A program made the translations under genes and the position numbers. DNA of 64,000 nt, taken from NCBI GenBank assembly GCA_964016885.1, contig OZ024742.1:78058001-78122000 (forward strand), written 5' to 3'. Origin of the DNA: Eledone cirrhosa. Lineage: Eukaryota. The notes below the pieces were generated by a model, which was not told where the DNA came from, did not search any database, and worked only from the letters and a program-made list of their open reading frames with translations. Shown here piece after piece: positions 26,198 to 41,069 of this stretch. Each line of letters opens with the position of its first letter. Position 1 is the first letter of the stretch.

Positions 26198-29030
26198 TGC
26201 GTGTGTTTGTGCGTGTGTTTATGTGTTATATTTTAGGTTTCGTTTTTATGCTGATGATTGTTTAGTACCATACACAGTCTGTGTATTTCTTTGAAAGGAT
26301 GAATGACATGGAATAGTTTGAAAGGGGGAGATTAGGAAACGGGGAAAATGCGAATAGAAGAAGAAGAAGAAGAAGAAGAAGAAGAAGAAGAAGAAGAAGA
26401 AGAAGAAGAAGAAGAAGAAGAAGAAGAAAGAGTGTGCGATAAACCTGATTTGCATAGAAGAAATGATAGTGCTCCTCATGAAATTGAACCAAAAGGGAAG
26501 GATCCAGTACCTGATGACATAGATAATATTGGGTGCTGGAATGCATGTATGCTATTTCAGTCGACATATATGGACCAATCATTCGATATTTTGAAAATCG
26601 ATGCAGTGTGAAGTATACAAGAACAGTTGACAAGCAAGGTAGTGGTGATATTCTATTGTGGACTATTAGAATATTAGAATATTTATCAAGTTCGTATGAC
26701 ACCGTGTATAGAAACGGTACAAGCATTCATATGATGGAAACCAATCAATGAACGAATTATTAAAGTTATGTTTTATACCAGACTTACCAAAGTAACCGTA
26801 ATTCAAACCTAGTGACATATCGTTAGAAAGAAATATGAAGTTTGAAACCACCTGCAAATAATCATATATAATGCACCTGGTAATTGAAACTATCACCTTC
26901 TTGCTGGTGGGAGGGAATAAATTTTGTGTTGCATTATCATTTGGAGCATTTGGAGAAACAATATTAATTGATAGGGGTTACTTTCACTAAGCAGTTTCTA
27001 TCAGTGGAAAACTTTCTTCCGACATAAAGGCATCCGTAAAGTGACATGGGTAACACCAGATGGCATTCTGAAATTGTCATCGATTATCTCTGCATAATTA
27101 AGAAGCAGCGTTCTTCCCTGCAGGATACTTATGCTTTTAGATTCACTGATTTTGCATCATAAAAACCGCGATTCCAGCTCGAAATAAACAAATATTGCCG
27201 AAATATAGAACCCATACACAAATGATAACCTGAAAAGGCCATCTATAACAGAGATATTTACGTTGAGCGATAAGAAATAGATTTCAAGTGTTACACAATC
27301 AAGAGGATAGTGAAGAAAAATTGTTTATCATGTGTACTCCGGGTGTTAATACAAGCAGATATGAAGTTTATTGAAAGAGGATAAACGTTGGGAGATTCAG
27401 GGAGTTAGATAGATGGGAGTATTTGCAAAAACCATACGATACCAATTTATAATCTTGGAAGAGTGATGAGTTGAAGTCGTATAAGTTTTATGTTTAAAGG
27501 GATGAAAAAAATGCAGGGGAGATAACATAAAATGGTTGGAAGCCAATAAAACACAGAAAACAGGTGATATGAAGAATTCCGGAACACTGCATGCTATAGT
27601 CAGGAAACTAAATGATAGAAGTATTAGCAAAATACCAATAACTAGTAATTGTGACAACATCCGGTTGACCAGTGATGAACTGAACGTTTAAAAACAGTTG
27701 CTATACATTTTAAAAAAGTAGGCTCCTAGCTCTACGCATCTTTACTGGAATAAGCCAAGTGAAATGGGTCATATCCCAACAGAACTGCTGAAATATGGAC
27801 ATATTATTACAAGCATGTTTCTTTATCATTTCAGTCTCATATATGATTACCGGAAAGATGACAGATAATTGGAAATGAGGAGTTGTTGTAATTCAACCAA
27901 AGAATTAGTGTCTCAGTGATTGCAGCTATTGAAGAGCTTTACATTTTTATCATTTCCTGGAAAGGTATTTTGAACTGCAGTCCTAAACAGGCTACGAAAA
28001 TTGAACGCAATCTCAGCAGAATGACTTTTGTAGCAGCTCTCTTCTGGAAATAAGAGTTAACGCCTGGTTAACGCCTTACGATTTAGAAGTCTCAACATAT
28101 AGCGTTCTTGTTCTGATTTCAACTGTATATATTTAGTTACTGCCTCATTACTTTAGAGTTAAAGTAAAGATTATACTTTTTTCTTGGGCTAAAAGTGAAA
28201 CGATTCCATTTGAATTGTAATTAGTATATTCATGGTTAATATATTACATATTATCACTAACAAAACTATTGTTTTTCATAGAGATAGCGTCTTTGTCGTA
28301 GATGAAATATAACCACAATACGTATATTTATTTACTGAATAAATCGACACATAAGAAAGATTTTTGCCGGAGAGGTCAGAATGAGACGGACCAGAATGAT
28401 TTTAAGAGAAAAGTTTCATCTTAAAGCGTCTATAGGAGAATTAGTGGGGTTAAAGCGGAAGACGGATTACATTAGAGCAAGTTGCTATTGTTAAGATTGA
28501 TGGCATTGTTGTCTAAAGTATTGGGATATGGGCCTCTAATTTTGGGTTACGAGATAGTTGAAAGACTTGACATCAGTTCTCGATAACTGCTACTTATACC
28601 AAATTGAGTATTCACGTACAGGTACTATCGTTGGGTGGCGAGACTGCTACACCTGACTTCGTTAGTAGTTAAACACCCTAGTCCTATAACTAGTCATTGA
28701 TGTGTGAATATCTCCTTATGTACTTCCCATAGCTTACATTCTTAGATGTTGCCTCTTGCTTGTCATAGACATTTCAAAGTACACGATGCGCCCAATGCAC
28801 CTGTTGACATTTCTGTCATAGCAACATTCTGTTTTTCTCTATTCTCTATGTGTGTGAGTATGTAAACTTGAGTAACAGTGTCGGTTAGTGTACATATATT
28901 CACATATATACGTACATTTGTATGAATATGTGTGGATACAGTGCATTAAGAGGCATGAATTATATTGCTAACCACATTAGTGCCAAGGATATGTACGTAT
29001 GAAAGTATCACTACATGTAAATTTAGATGG

Positions 29031-29101
<71 letters not shown>

Positions 29102-29117
29102 TATATGTATCTATATG

Positions 29118-29214
<97 letters not shown>

Positions 29215-29514
29215 AAAAAGAGATGAAATCGAAAATGCAACTAGAGACTTTTTTTTTTTTTTTTTTAAATATATATATTTATTTGGTTCCTTTACCGGTT
29301 TCACAGTTCTTCTGCTTTTCAAAGTTGAGATGGAGGGTCTGTGGTTTTTCTCACATAAATATATATTCTCAAATAAATATATATATTTAAAAAAAAAAAA
29401 AAATAAAAAAAAAAATAAGACTCCAGTTGCATTTTCGATTTCATCTCTTTTTCTTTATACTTTCACTCGTGTAGGACACTTCGGTTATTTTTCAATTTGT
29501 AAAAAAATCCTCAC

Positions 29515-29628
<114 letters not shown>

Positions 29629-29650
29629 ATATGTATATATATATATATAC

Positions 29651-29683
<33 letters not shown>

Positions 29684-29707
29684 CATATATACATATATAT
29701 ACATATT

Positions 29708-30003
<296 letters not shown>

Positions 30004-30006
30004 TAG

Positions 30007-30126
<120 letters not shown>

Positions 30127-30148
30127 GTATATATATGTATGTATGTAT

Positions 30149-30492
30149 GTTCTTCTGGTTTTATAATTTCACAAATTTTTGCCAATAGAGGCTTCTAACA
30201 TAGTTACAAGACTCTCTCATTGGAATTTACACAACATCAACTAGGTAGATATGTCTGCATGTCTGCATGCATGCATGTGTAGGTATGGATGTTATAGTAT
30301 GTGTGGATGTGTATGTTTTGAGTTGTATGTGTACATGTGAATACGTTTTGTATGCAGTTATTAGATGCAACCTTTTTGGAATGTTTTAATTATATTTACT
30401 GTTCCATTAATGGATTGTACTTGTAATTTCTTAACTAGTTATGTTCTTTCTGTTCCTGTGAAGCCCAGAATATTATATATATATATATACAT

Positions 30493-30543
<51 letters not shown>

Positions 30544-31550
30544 TATAAGTATATATATATATACATACATGTAGATATTGAAAAGTAAATTGATAAAATA
30601 CCATAGAAAGGTACACGCACACAAATACGATATAGGTGTATATTTAGCGGCATCATGTCTGCACGCACATATAATTAAGTACACATCCCACACCCCACTC
30701 TCTCTCAATCTCAAATATATATATGCATATATATAAATATACAAATATATATATATGCATATATACAAATATATATATGCATATATATATATATAAAAAT
30801 ATATATATATATATACAAGTTATATATTAATATATATGATAAACACAAAACGTGTTTGTATTGTAACAGACAAAGTTAACTAGCATGAAATAAACTAATT
30901 AAAGTGAATACAATTTGTCTGTCTCGATATAAGTCAATAAAGACAAGCTTATATTGGCAAAAGCCGTGATTCCTGGACAAATTTAAATTTCAAAATCCAA
31001 ACCCGCTCCGTAGATGAATTTGAACTTCGAAACCCAAATATGTTTCGCAACGATGGTACGTGAATTGAAAAATAAAGAGAATCGAAATGGAATTGAAATA
31101 AAAAGTGAAATATCCAAATCTCCTGTGCTTAACAACAGGAATCCAGTAAAATTAGTACATTCCACCTTCAAAAATTTTGCAGGTCTGATTACACGTGATG
31201 TAGCCAGCTAAACTAGCCATCCCGCATTCCCGATGCTAGAAATAACAGCCGATTAAAGATCAGCTCTACATCTACGGAGCGGGTTTATATTTTGAAATTT
31301 AAATTTGTCCAGGAATCACGGGTTTTGCCAATATAAGCTTGTCTTTATTGACTTATATCGAGACAGACAAATGTATTCACTTTAATTAGTTTATTTCATG
31401 CTAGCTAACTTTGTCTGTTACAATACAAACACGTTTTGTGTTTATCATATATGTTAATATATAACTTGTATTTCACTGCTCAGAAATGCCTCTTTCTTTG
31501 AGCTGATTAATTGTAAACGACTAAGAGTTTAATCTTTAAATATAATATAG

Positions 31551-31624
<74 letters not shown>

Positions 31625-31850
31625 ATATATATATATGCATATATATATTCGTATATATGCATATATATATTTTTGTATATTTATATATATGCATATATAT
31701 ATTTGAGATTGAGAGAGAGTGGGGTGTGGGATGTGTACTTAATTATATGTGCGTGCAGACATGATGCCGCTAAATATACACCCTTATCGTATTTGTGTGC
31801 GTGTACCTTTCTAGGCTATTTTATCCATTTACTTTTCAGTATCTACATGT

Positions 31851-31894
<44 letters not shown>

Positions 31895-32778
31895 ATGTAC
31901 ATATATATATATGTGTATATATATGTACATAGGGTGACTTTGGACATCCTGCAGGACTAAAAACAAAACCAGTCAAAGGGCAAAGGAGCTCTTAAGAGTC
32001 AATGGCCATCCAAAATCACCGGGAGAGATGACCCCTTAGCCTTTGTCAAGGCAGAATTCTAGGAGAAGGAAAACTCTGATATAACACCTGCAACCCTGAT
32101 GGTATCCAATGATGTTGACTTGTTCTTCTTTTTGGTAAATATCATCTTGGTAAGAGAGTGGGACTGGCTTTGTGCAGTGCCTTTGCTCACTATAAAAGCT
32201 TCATGGCACAGGCATTGCTTTATATCTGGAGATCTCTCTGCACTTGTCATCACATGGTACTAAGGGCCTAGCACTATGTGTCAATAATTGTCACAAGTGT
32301 AGTGTTTGTACCAGAGTTTTCAAGTCGCTGGCTGGACTAAAATGTCACACTCGTTCAGCGCATCGGTAGGGGTTCTCCTACATGGATATAAAGTAGTGGC
32401 CGTACTCGAAAACGAGTTGGCAGCCACCATATGTGTATATACATATATATATAATATTCTGGGCTTCACAGGAACAGAAAGAACATAACTAGTTAAGAAA
32501 TTACAAGTACAATCCATTAATGGAACAGTAAATATATGTAAAACATTCCAAAAAGGTTGCATCTAATAACTGCATACAAAGCGTATTCACATGCACACAT
32601 ACAACTCAAAACATACACATCCACACATACTATAACATCCATACCTACACATGCATGCATGCAGACATGCAGACATATCTACCTAGTTGATATTGTGTAA
32701 ATTCCAATGAGAGAGTCTTGTAACTATGTTAGAAGCCTCTATTGGCAAACATTTGTGAAATTATAAAACCAGAAGAAC
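30149..32778. repeat. Nested 2.6-kb fold-back (three pairs of inverted arms)
   Basis: 30149-30473 vs 32453-32778; about 30567-30715 vs 31700-31850; 30814-31015 vs 31269-31471. Confidence 0.85.
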
Positions 32779-33710
32779 ATACATACATACATACATACAT
32801 AGTGGCGGCAACTCGATTACGAGTAATGCCATTAATTGATACTTAAGAATGAGCATCGCGGACGTGGCTTTTTTGTCCTGCTAGGGAATTGCCAATGGTC
32901 AGCAATGCCATGCATTGCAAGAGATGTCATATATCAAGTGATGCCTTTGAAGCTTTTTAAAGTGAGGAAAGGCTTTCCACGGAGCCAATCCCACTCTCTA
33001 AACTTCGAATGTATTTACACAAAAAGAACTGGTCTACGCCATTGAATGCAAACGACGTCGCAGGTTTTATATCAAAGTGATCTTCTCCTAGAGAACAACA
33101 ACAAAAAGATTTATTGATGGCCGTTGACACTCTTGAATTATTTTGCCCTTTCATCCGGCAGGGTGTCCGAATTTACACTCCTCTCCTAGCAAGCTTGGTG
33201 GGCGTGGTGGATTAGTTGCTTCGACTCGACCATGCATAGGTGTTTCCGGAAAATAACTGGAAATGTATAATAGAATGAACTCTATAGATAATGAACACAA
33301 CCACAAGGATATGTTCCGAACGTGGAAGAGCCGAACTCCCACTGTCATCGCCTCTATCTCTCTCACCCTCCCAATCTCTCTGTATGGTGAGCAAATGGGG
33401 TCCCACATTCTGGCCTCCCCACATCCCCATGTATAGGTTGTACTTCATTAGATGTTACCAGTAGCGCTGAAGAACGACCTTACATAAACATATATACATA
33501 CACCACCACCCCACTTATCAGCGCAGTTTAATACTATGATCAATTCAACCAAACCACTATCATTTATAACCACACACTTGTTCCGACGTACTGAACGCAA
33601 GAATAATCTGCTTGGCGCCCCGATCGGGATTGTACATGTCTCTATACAAATTCTGCATCTCCTCATGCATTCAGTACTCACATAGTGGTCACAGCGGTCT
33701 CAGTACCGAA

Positions 33711-33821
<111 letters not shown>

Positions 33822-34175
33822 AAACCATGTGCGTCACGCAGTCTTTTAAATTATTTAGAAGTGAAGCATATCAATTTGTCCCTGGATGTTTACTGAGGAG
33901 TGCAGGACATGATATTCCTACACTTATTTAACTCGAAACATATTTGGATCTTAAAGTTTAAACTTATCTACGGAACAGGTTTGATTTTGAAATTTAAATG
34001 TGTCTAAACATCACAGCCTCTTGGCAATACAGTTCGTCTTCGTTGATTTATTATTTTAAATCGATATGGACAAACTGTAGTATAATAATTAGTATGCTTC
34101 AATCTGGCTAAATTTTTCTTTTGCAATATATATATACAGATGTGTTGGTATCTGTGTTTCATCACATACATATTA

Positions 34176-34232
<57 letters not shown>

Positions 34233-35532
34233 AATGATTAGAATTTTATTTCTCGCCCTAACACGGCTGATACATTGATGTAATATGCATACGTACACAC
34301 AGTGACGTGAGATGTACTGTCTTTAATGCATTCGAAACATCAGTGATCCACAGAAGACATCCGGTGAATGGGAATTGTCCTTGCTTTTATATTTGTCTTT
34401 CTCTTGCGTTATCTAAATAATATTTATTAGTAACCACACAGCGCCCTTGTCACTTTTTAATCGATATATATATATATATATATAGTTAGAGAAGCAAAAA
34501 ATTGCTTATTGTGATCCAGTTGGTATACACACCGTTACGCAATGAAACATTCCCAGCACCGTTATGTAACTACTCTGGCAACTGAGGGAAAGTAACCATC
34601 AATACACTCTGAAGTGGAAAAAATTATCGAACGCGCCCCCATATCGGAGTGGTATGAGAAGCTGTCGATTATGCGACCTTGAGCTGTTCTACATCTTAAG
34701 TTCGAAGAATGTGTTACTCAACAATAAAATCCAAAGATCAATTTATTGTAACCATAGACTCAAAGAGAAGTTTTCGCACTACAAATTGAACCCTTAACCT
34801 CTTACTAGCAACTGACAAACTGCATATACTTAGACTTTATACCCTCTTGTTGTATCTAATTACCCACAAAACCAATACATATATCCCCCTCTTCTCCCTC
34901 ATTCCTCTTCTATTTCTTCGTTTTCTTCCTTCCTTCCCTCCCCTTCTTGGCTATCTTTTCTTTTCTTCTTTCTCACCCACTTCTTTGCTTTTATTTTTGT
35001 CATTATTATCTTTATATTTATTTTTTATATATATATATATATTTATCTCTTTATATCTCCCCCTCTCTCTCTCTCCCTCTCTATCCATCCCTCCCACTAT
35101 GATCAATTTAATTCTCTTTAACTCACTACATTCCACGACATGAAGTCTGCTATCAAAACTGACCGAGGAATCCTTCCACCTTTACCCCTCCCTCCATCTC
35201 AGTTTGTCACTCTACTTCCTACCTTTTCCCCCTTCCTCTCTCTCTATACTATTCCGTCTGTCCCCTCACCTTCTGATTCCTCTCTCTCTATACTAGTAAA
35301 TACAATTCCAAATAAATGTTTTTCTCTATATATTAAGAATTATTTCAAGAGTAACTTACTATTTTGAAAATTTGGACTGTGAACAACAATTATAATTGAG
35401 TGGCTGCTATTTGCAGTATAGCAATATAAGGTTGCACTTACCAATGAAACGGTCGTAAATACCTGGATAAAATCCTTCTCTTAATGCTTACCTGTGTTTT
35501 CTCTTTTATACTATATATATATGTATATATAT

Positions 35533-36472
35533 ATAAACGGAAAAATGAAACGAAATTTCATTTCTCACTCTTAGTACGGCTATTACTTGAATATAAGTAT
35601 GTACACGTACATACATATATGTATACAGACGCACAGTGGTATGTATATATATATACATACATGCACACATATATATATATATACGTATGGATTCACCGAA
35701 CATTTATTATAATGCTCGGTGTGTTTGTAAACAAACATCCCGAATTAAGCCGTGTTTAGCAACCATCGTTGCCCTTTTGTTCAACCCTGACAAAGGAACG
35801 ATGTACTAGTTTCAAGCTTATTAGCTATCGTCAGCACCGTATACCTTCCTGCCAGATGATTGAACGTCTGAAAGTATATACTTTCCTTATGCATATTAAC
35901 GGCTGAGCAGCCTAATTTGCATATCGAGTGGGTTAATCGGCCGGGCGCACCGAAAACGATAAACGGAAAAAATGAAACGAAATTTCATTTCTCACTCTTA
36001 GTACGGCTGTTAGTTAAATATAAGTATGTACACGTACATACATATATGTATACAGACGTACAGTAGTATGTATATATATACATACATGCACACATATATA
36101 TATGTACGTATGGATTTACGGAGCATTTATTATAATGCTCGGTTTGTTTGTAAACTAGTACATCGTTCCTTTGTCAGGGTTGAACAAAAGGACAACAATG
36201 GTTGCTAAACACTGTACACGTACATACATATATGTATACAGACGTACAGTAGTATGTATATATATACATACATGCACACATATATATATGTACGTATGGA
36301 TTTACGGAGCATTTATTATAATGCTCGGTCTGTTTGTAGACTAGTACATCGTTCCTATGTCAGGGTTGAACAAAAGGGCACCAATGGTTGCTAAACACTG
36401 TACGGCTTAATTCGGGATGTTTGTTTACAAACAAACCGAGCATTATAATAAATGCTCGGTAAATCCATACCG
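35533..36472 (-). mobile_element. Non-coding retrozyme-like unit (period about 426 bp) with repeated inversions
   Basis: 35533-35735 repeats at 35959-36154. Inverted segments at about 36152-36212 and 36340-36470. Hammerhead and octamer lie on the minus strand. Confidence 0.75.
35800..35838 (-). ncRNA. Type I hammerhead ribozyme
   Basis: ggtg-CTGACGA-t agct aata agct t-GAAA-CTAG-TA-catc. Confidence 0.85.
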
Positions 36473-36707
36473 AGTATATATATATACGATATTAATAAAT
36501 GGAAACTATATTTATAAAACCGTATTTATTTCACTATATATATTTCAAGGATACCAAGTTACATTATGGTATGCCTTCATCAGACAAAATACAATATATA
36601 ACAGTTTTATAAATAGACATTGACGTACCCCTTTAAAAATTGACCGTTGCTTTTGGAGGCCATCAGGATAGTGATTTGTTTACTTTAGTAAGTCATAGTG
36701 TTACTTT

Positions 36708-36760
<53 letters not shown>

Positions 36761-36860
36761 CAAGAGATGTCAACATGAATGGGTCTGTTATTTTTATCTA
36801 AAGACATTTTTTCCAATTCCAACCCACCCGTCTCCTCAATCTATATTATTTCTCTTTCTT

Positions 36861-36896
36861 TCTTCTGATGAAGGACTAGCGTCCAAAACGTTAAGA
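36861..36896 (+). ncRNA. Minimal hammerhead, probably inactivated (G12A)
   Basis: tctt-CTGATGA-a ggac tagc gtcc-AAAA-CG-TT-aaga. The change is compatible with CpG decay. Confidence 0.6.
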
Positions 36897-37406
36897 TCCT
36901 CTTCCTGCTATATCAAGCGTTAACCTATCCCTTCCATATACTGTGCCGATTGTGTTGTTATTTCTGTTTACCTTTTACATATATATATGCTTTTTTGTTT
37001 CTTCTAACTTTGATTTTGCTTCTTGTTTTTTCTTCTAACTTTGGTTTTTTCTTCTAATTTTGCTTTTTTTTTTTTTCTTCTGACCTTAATTTTGCAACTA
37101 ATCATGTATGGTTAACTATATGTCTAGTCAATTTCTACAGGCTATCAGAAATAATGGGTAAATTTTCTATAGCTGTGAATCGCGGATAAAGAGCTGTATC
37201 ATTTATGTACTATTTCTTCATAGGTATATTTTAAACCTATAGCCTCGTTTAAATGATTTTTTTTGTGTGGTTAATTTATGCTGATTGGGTGAAGAAATAC
37301 TGTATATATTTTATCTAATGATTCTATGGACTTACTTTATATATTGCTCTGATTATTAATTATTTAATTAATTCGTCATTGAGCCACACTGTGAATTGTT
37401 GCCAAA

Positions 37407-37439
<33 letters not shown>

Positions 37440-37442
<3 letters not shown>

Positions 37443-37798
37443 ATTAAATAAATGGAAACTATATTTATAAAACCTTATTTATTTCGTTATATATATTTCA
37501 GGGATATCATATTAACAATATGTTATGCCTTCTTCAGACAAAATACAATATAAACAGTCTTATAAATAAATAGATACGACATACCTTTCAATCACCTTGC
37601 ATTTGGGAGGTTGATTTGGCAAATCAACCTCCCAAATGCAAGGTGATTGAAAGGTATGTCGTATCTATTTATTTATAAGACTGTTTATATTGTATTTTGT
37701 CTGAAGAAGGCATAACATATTGTTAATATGATATCCCTGAAATATATATAACGAAATAAATATTGTTTTATAAATATAGTTTCCATTTATTTAATATC
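37440..37798. mobile_element. Palindromic pLTR-type unit (arms of about 180 bp); single-arm relative at 36488-36620
   Basis: Near-perfect symmetry centred on tgatttg-g-caaatca at about 37619. Confidence 0.85.
37693..37758 (+). ncRNA. Type I hammerhead (mirror copy 37480-37545 minus; relative 36527-36591 minus)
   Basis: tattttgt-CTGAAGA-long stem II-GAAA-TATATA-TA-acgaaata; 8-bp stem I with one G-U pair. Confidence 0.8.
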
Positions 37799-37886
37799 TT
37801 AAATATACTCCAAATACTTGTTGAGTGCTTTTATATCAGTTATAAATATTTACTCGTTGTTAACCCAACAATTTAAATATAACTTT

Positions 37887-37942
<56 letters not shown>

Positions 37943-37979
37943 CTATGGCCTTGTCTAGTTTATATGTTTATACCCTTTA

Positions 37980-38023
<44 letters not shown>

Positions 38024-38223
38024 CAAAGAAAGTGCGGTAAGTAATCAGGTGGACGATAACGCACCAGAGTACTCGATACTTAGAGTAGTAGAGATGGATC
38101 TAGCAGTCGAAACGGCCGGAGTGCAGCTGTCGGGGTCCTGACTCTTTTCCTATATATATATATAGGAAAAAAATATATATATAGGACAGTTGAAATTGCA
38201 AACTTGACTGTCACCACACATTA

Positions 38224-38262
38224 TGAACCTGAAGATTGCGAAAGCATGAAAGTACTTGTTCA
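38224..38262 (+). ncRNA. Minimal type I hammerhead
   Basis: tgaac-CTGAAGA-t tgc gaaa gca t-GAAA-GTAC-TT-gttca, with palindromic AAGTACTT. Confidence 0.85.
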
Positions 38263-38374
38263 ATTAGCACTTAACATTTAATATTCCACCATACTATTTC
38301 ATTCTTATACCATTATAAATTTTAAAGGATTGTAAATAGAACGAGTCAATCAGACAAAGTTGGAATTCCTTTTA

Positions 38375-38428
<54 letters not shown>

Positions 38429-38728
38429 ATCTGAGTTTTTCGAACATTAATAATATTCTATTCGTTTGCAGTTATGCAAAAAGCCTCATTTTTAAAGACA
38501 TATCAGTTCTGTTTACACATTCTTGCTTCTTGCTCTTGCGTTCCAACACAAGAGCAAGAATGAGGGATTCGTTCTACTGACATTGGCTGATCAGTGGATC
38601 TGCTAATATGCACATGTGACTGATCAGCCAGTCTGCTAATATGCAAATCAAGCCAATCAGTCACTGTATATTTTAGAAAATAGCATATATATTCACTAGC
38701 TCTGACAGTTGGCAGATGAACAGTGAGC

Positions 38729-38770
38729 TGTACTGATGAAGGGTGATACCCAGAAACATTAGTGTCTACA
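38729..38770 (+). ncRNA. Type I hammerhead (GUC site, predicted cleavage after 38766)
   Basis: tgta-CTGATGA-a gggt gat accc a-GAAA-CA ttag TG-TC-taca. Octamer and CCAAT at 38641-38657. Confidence 0.88.
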
Positions 38771-39135
38771 TTATTTATTGAGTACGCTGAGATGCAACCG
38801 GTCCTGGCATTGATAAATATGCTGGGTCCTTATTATATATATATATAAAATCAGAAAATGCGAAATAGTTGCAGGTGTCAAAGTCCTTTATTGATAAGGC
38901 TGTGATACATATTCAATGATGACGGTGGCCACGGGATTCCGCCTAACCAGTGCCATGATCTAATCAGACAGCTCTATTACATAATAAGGTTATGCTCTCG
39001 AGGCAATCCAAATTAAACGACAAGGGATCGGACAAAGACGATATTTGTTAAGCCTTCGCCAGTTCTCTATATATATGTGTGTGTGCGTGTGTGTGCGTGT
39101 GTGTGTGTGAGAGAGAGAGTGTGTGGGGGTGTCAG

Positions 39136-39410
39136 AAGCATGCGCCATATCACCTGTGGAATAGGCTCAAAATGTCCAAGTAATAAATTCCAACATTTAT
39201 TGACATTAAATTAAAATTCGATTGACACATATATATAAAATAAACACATCAAGCAATTACAGGGGATAATTTGTGTGTTTACACTCTTTATAAATTATCC
39301 CCTGTAATTGCTTGATGTGTTTATTCTATATATATGTCAATCGAATTTTAATTTAATGTCAATTACTTAGACACTTTGAGCCTATTCCACAGGTGATATG
39401 GTGCATGCTT
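39136..39410. repeat. Fold-back inverted repeat, arms of about 120 bp
   Basis: aagcatgcgccatatcacctgtgg...ggggataattt versus aaattatcccc...caggtgatatggtgcatgctt. Confidence 0.85.
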
Positions 39411-39437
39411 ATGCCACACACATACACACATATACAT

Positions 39438-39468
<31 letters not shown>

Positions 39469-39692
39469 CATGTATCAATATATACATGTATCAATATATA
39501 TATATGAAAAATTCGAGGCCTCAATGGCTGAGCTCCAGCCATTTCAACAACTAGATCCGAACAATTCGGATTTAGCTGTTAAAATGGCTGGAGCCATTGG
39601 AGGTCCCAATTTTTTCAGATTACCCACTCTACTACCCCAAGTATCGAGTACTCTGGTGAGTAATGATCTACCTGTTTTTTTACCGCCTCCAT

Positions 39693-39769
<77 letters not shown>

Positions 39770-39770
39770 C

Positions 39771-39809
<39 letters not shown>

Positions 39810-40158
39810 CATACACATAGTGAGTGAGAGAGAGATACATTCATGCGTGCGCACATATGTACATGAGCGTGCGCATATGTGAAATACACACACATCCATG
39901 CACACATTCATATGGTCAGCAATCTGTTCATAAGAACAAGTGTTTGATTGATTCTTAAATAAATGTTTTTTGTATATTTCTTCAAACATTCCTGCATATA
40001 TGTTTGTGCGACTTAAAGTAAATATCATATTAGATGTACATATGAAGATAAATGCATATTTTATTTAATCCTGCATATAGAACCATATTCCTCGTAGAAG
40101 ATCCCATATATATTATGCATGCATACAATGTTGTTGTCGGCGGGGTGAGTGAAATTTA

Positions 40159-40220
<62 letters not shown>

Positions 40221-40228
40221 CTAGCAGC

Positions 40229-40259
<31 letters not shown>

Positions 40260-40495
40260 CCAGCAACAGAATCAGCAGCAGTAGACGATACTGTTGCCAA
40301 ACATTAGATTCAGAAATTTCCACGGACATTTCACGATGTTTCGAGCGGGTGTGCTTTATTCTTGATTTCATTTGTGGCAACACCTGTCTATTACGATATT
40401 GTGTTGATGCATTATTTATTAAGACCTCGCCGCGAGACGCATGGTTCAATTTACATGGAGAATATATAGAATATATAGAATATATATATATATTT

Positions 40496-40530
<35 letters not shown>

Positions 40531-40537
<7 letters not shown>

Positions 40538-40743
40538 AACAACACACTGCAATTATTCTATTTACCAAAGCTTTCAAGAAGACAGGCGAGCTCAACAGAG
40601 ACGTCTCAAATAGTTCAGCAGAAGGAAATATATCTATATTAAATTTTTCCTTCTGATAAACGATTTCAGACGTCTCTGTTGAGCTCTCCTGTCTTCGTGA
40701 AACCTTTGCTAAATGGAATAATCGTATTGTGTTGTTTATTACA
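40531..40743. mobile_element. Older palindromic pLTR-type unit with a decayed hammerhead in each arm
   Basis: Plus arm: cctt-CTGATAA-acga...tcgt-GAAA-CCTTTGC-TA (40649-40716). The minus arm has CTGCTGA, so the consensus is CTGATGA. Confidence 0.6.
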
Positions 40744-41069
40744 TATTTAAATAGCTCTGTAGTATACAAAGAGCACTCTCCTTTCCTTTACCCTTTCTAC
40801 GGAAATATTTCATATATATATATATATATGCATACATTAATTTATGTTGTAAATGCCATATACTTTCGTTTAAGTCATTTTATATAACCTTATATTATCG
40901 TTTTCAAATTTCGAATTCAGCATTTTGTTAAACAATACACGAAAAAATAGACCAGTTACATTTACGAAATGGGTATTGCGATAGACAGCTTTATGATCCC
41001 CTGATGTCTTGATACGAATACCTCGTATTAGTACTCGGATAAATGGTGCTAATTGAAACTGTTCAATCT

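Noticed and set aside
33893-33947. CTGAGGA...GAAACATATTT, and similar partial cores near 3890, 31186, 38965 and 55440-55490
   Set aside because: The cleavage triplet, stem I or half of the core is missing. They are probably relics and were not counted.
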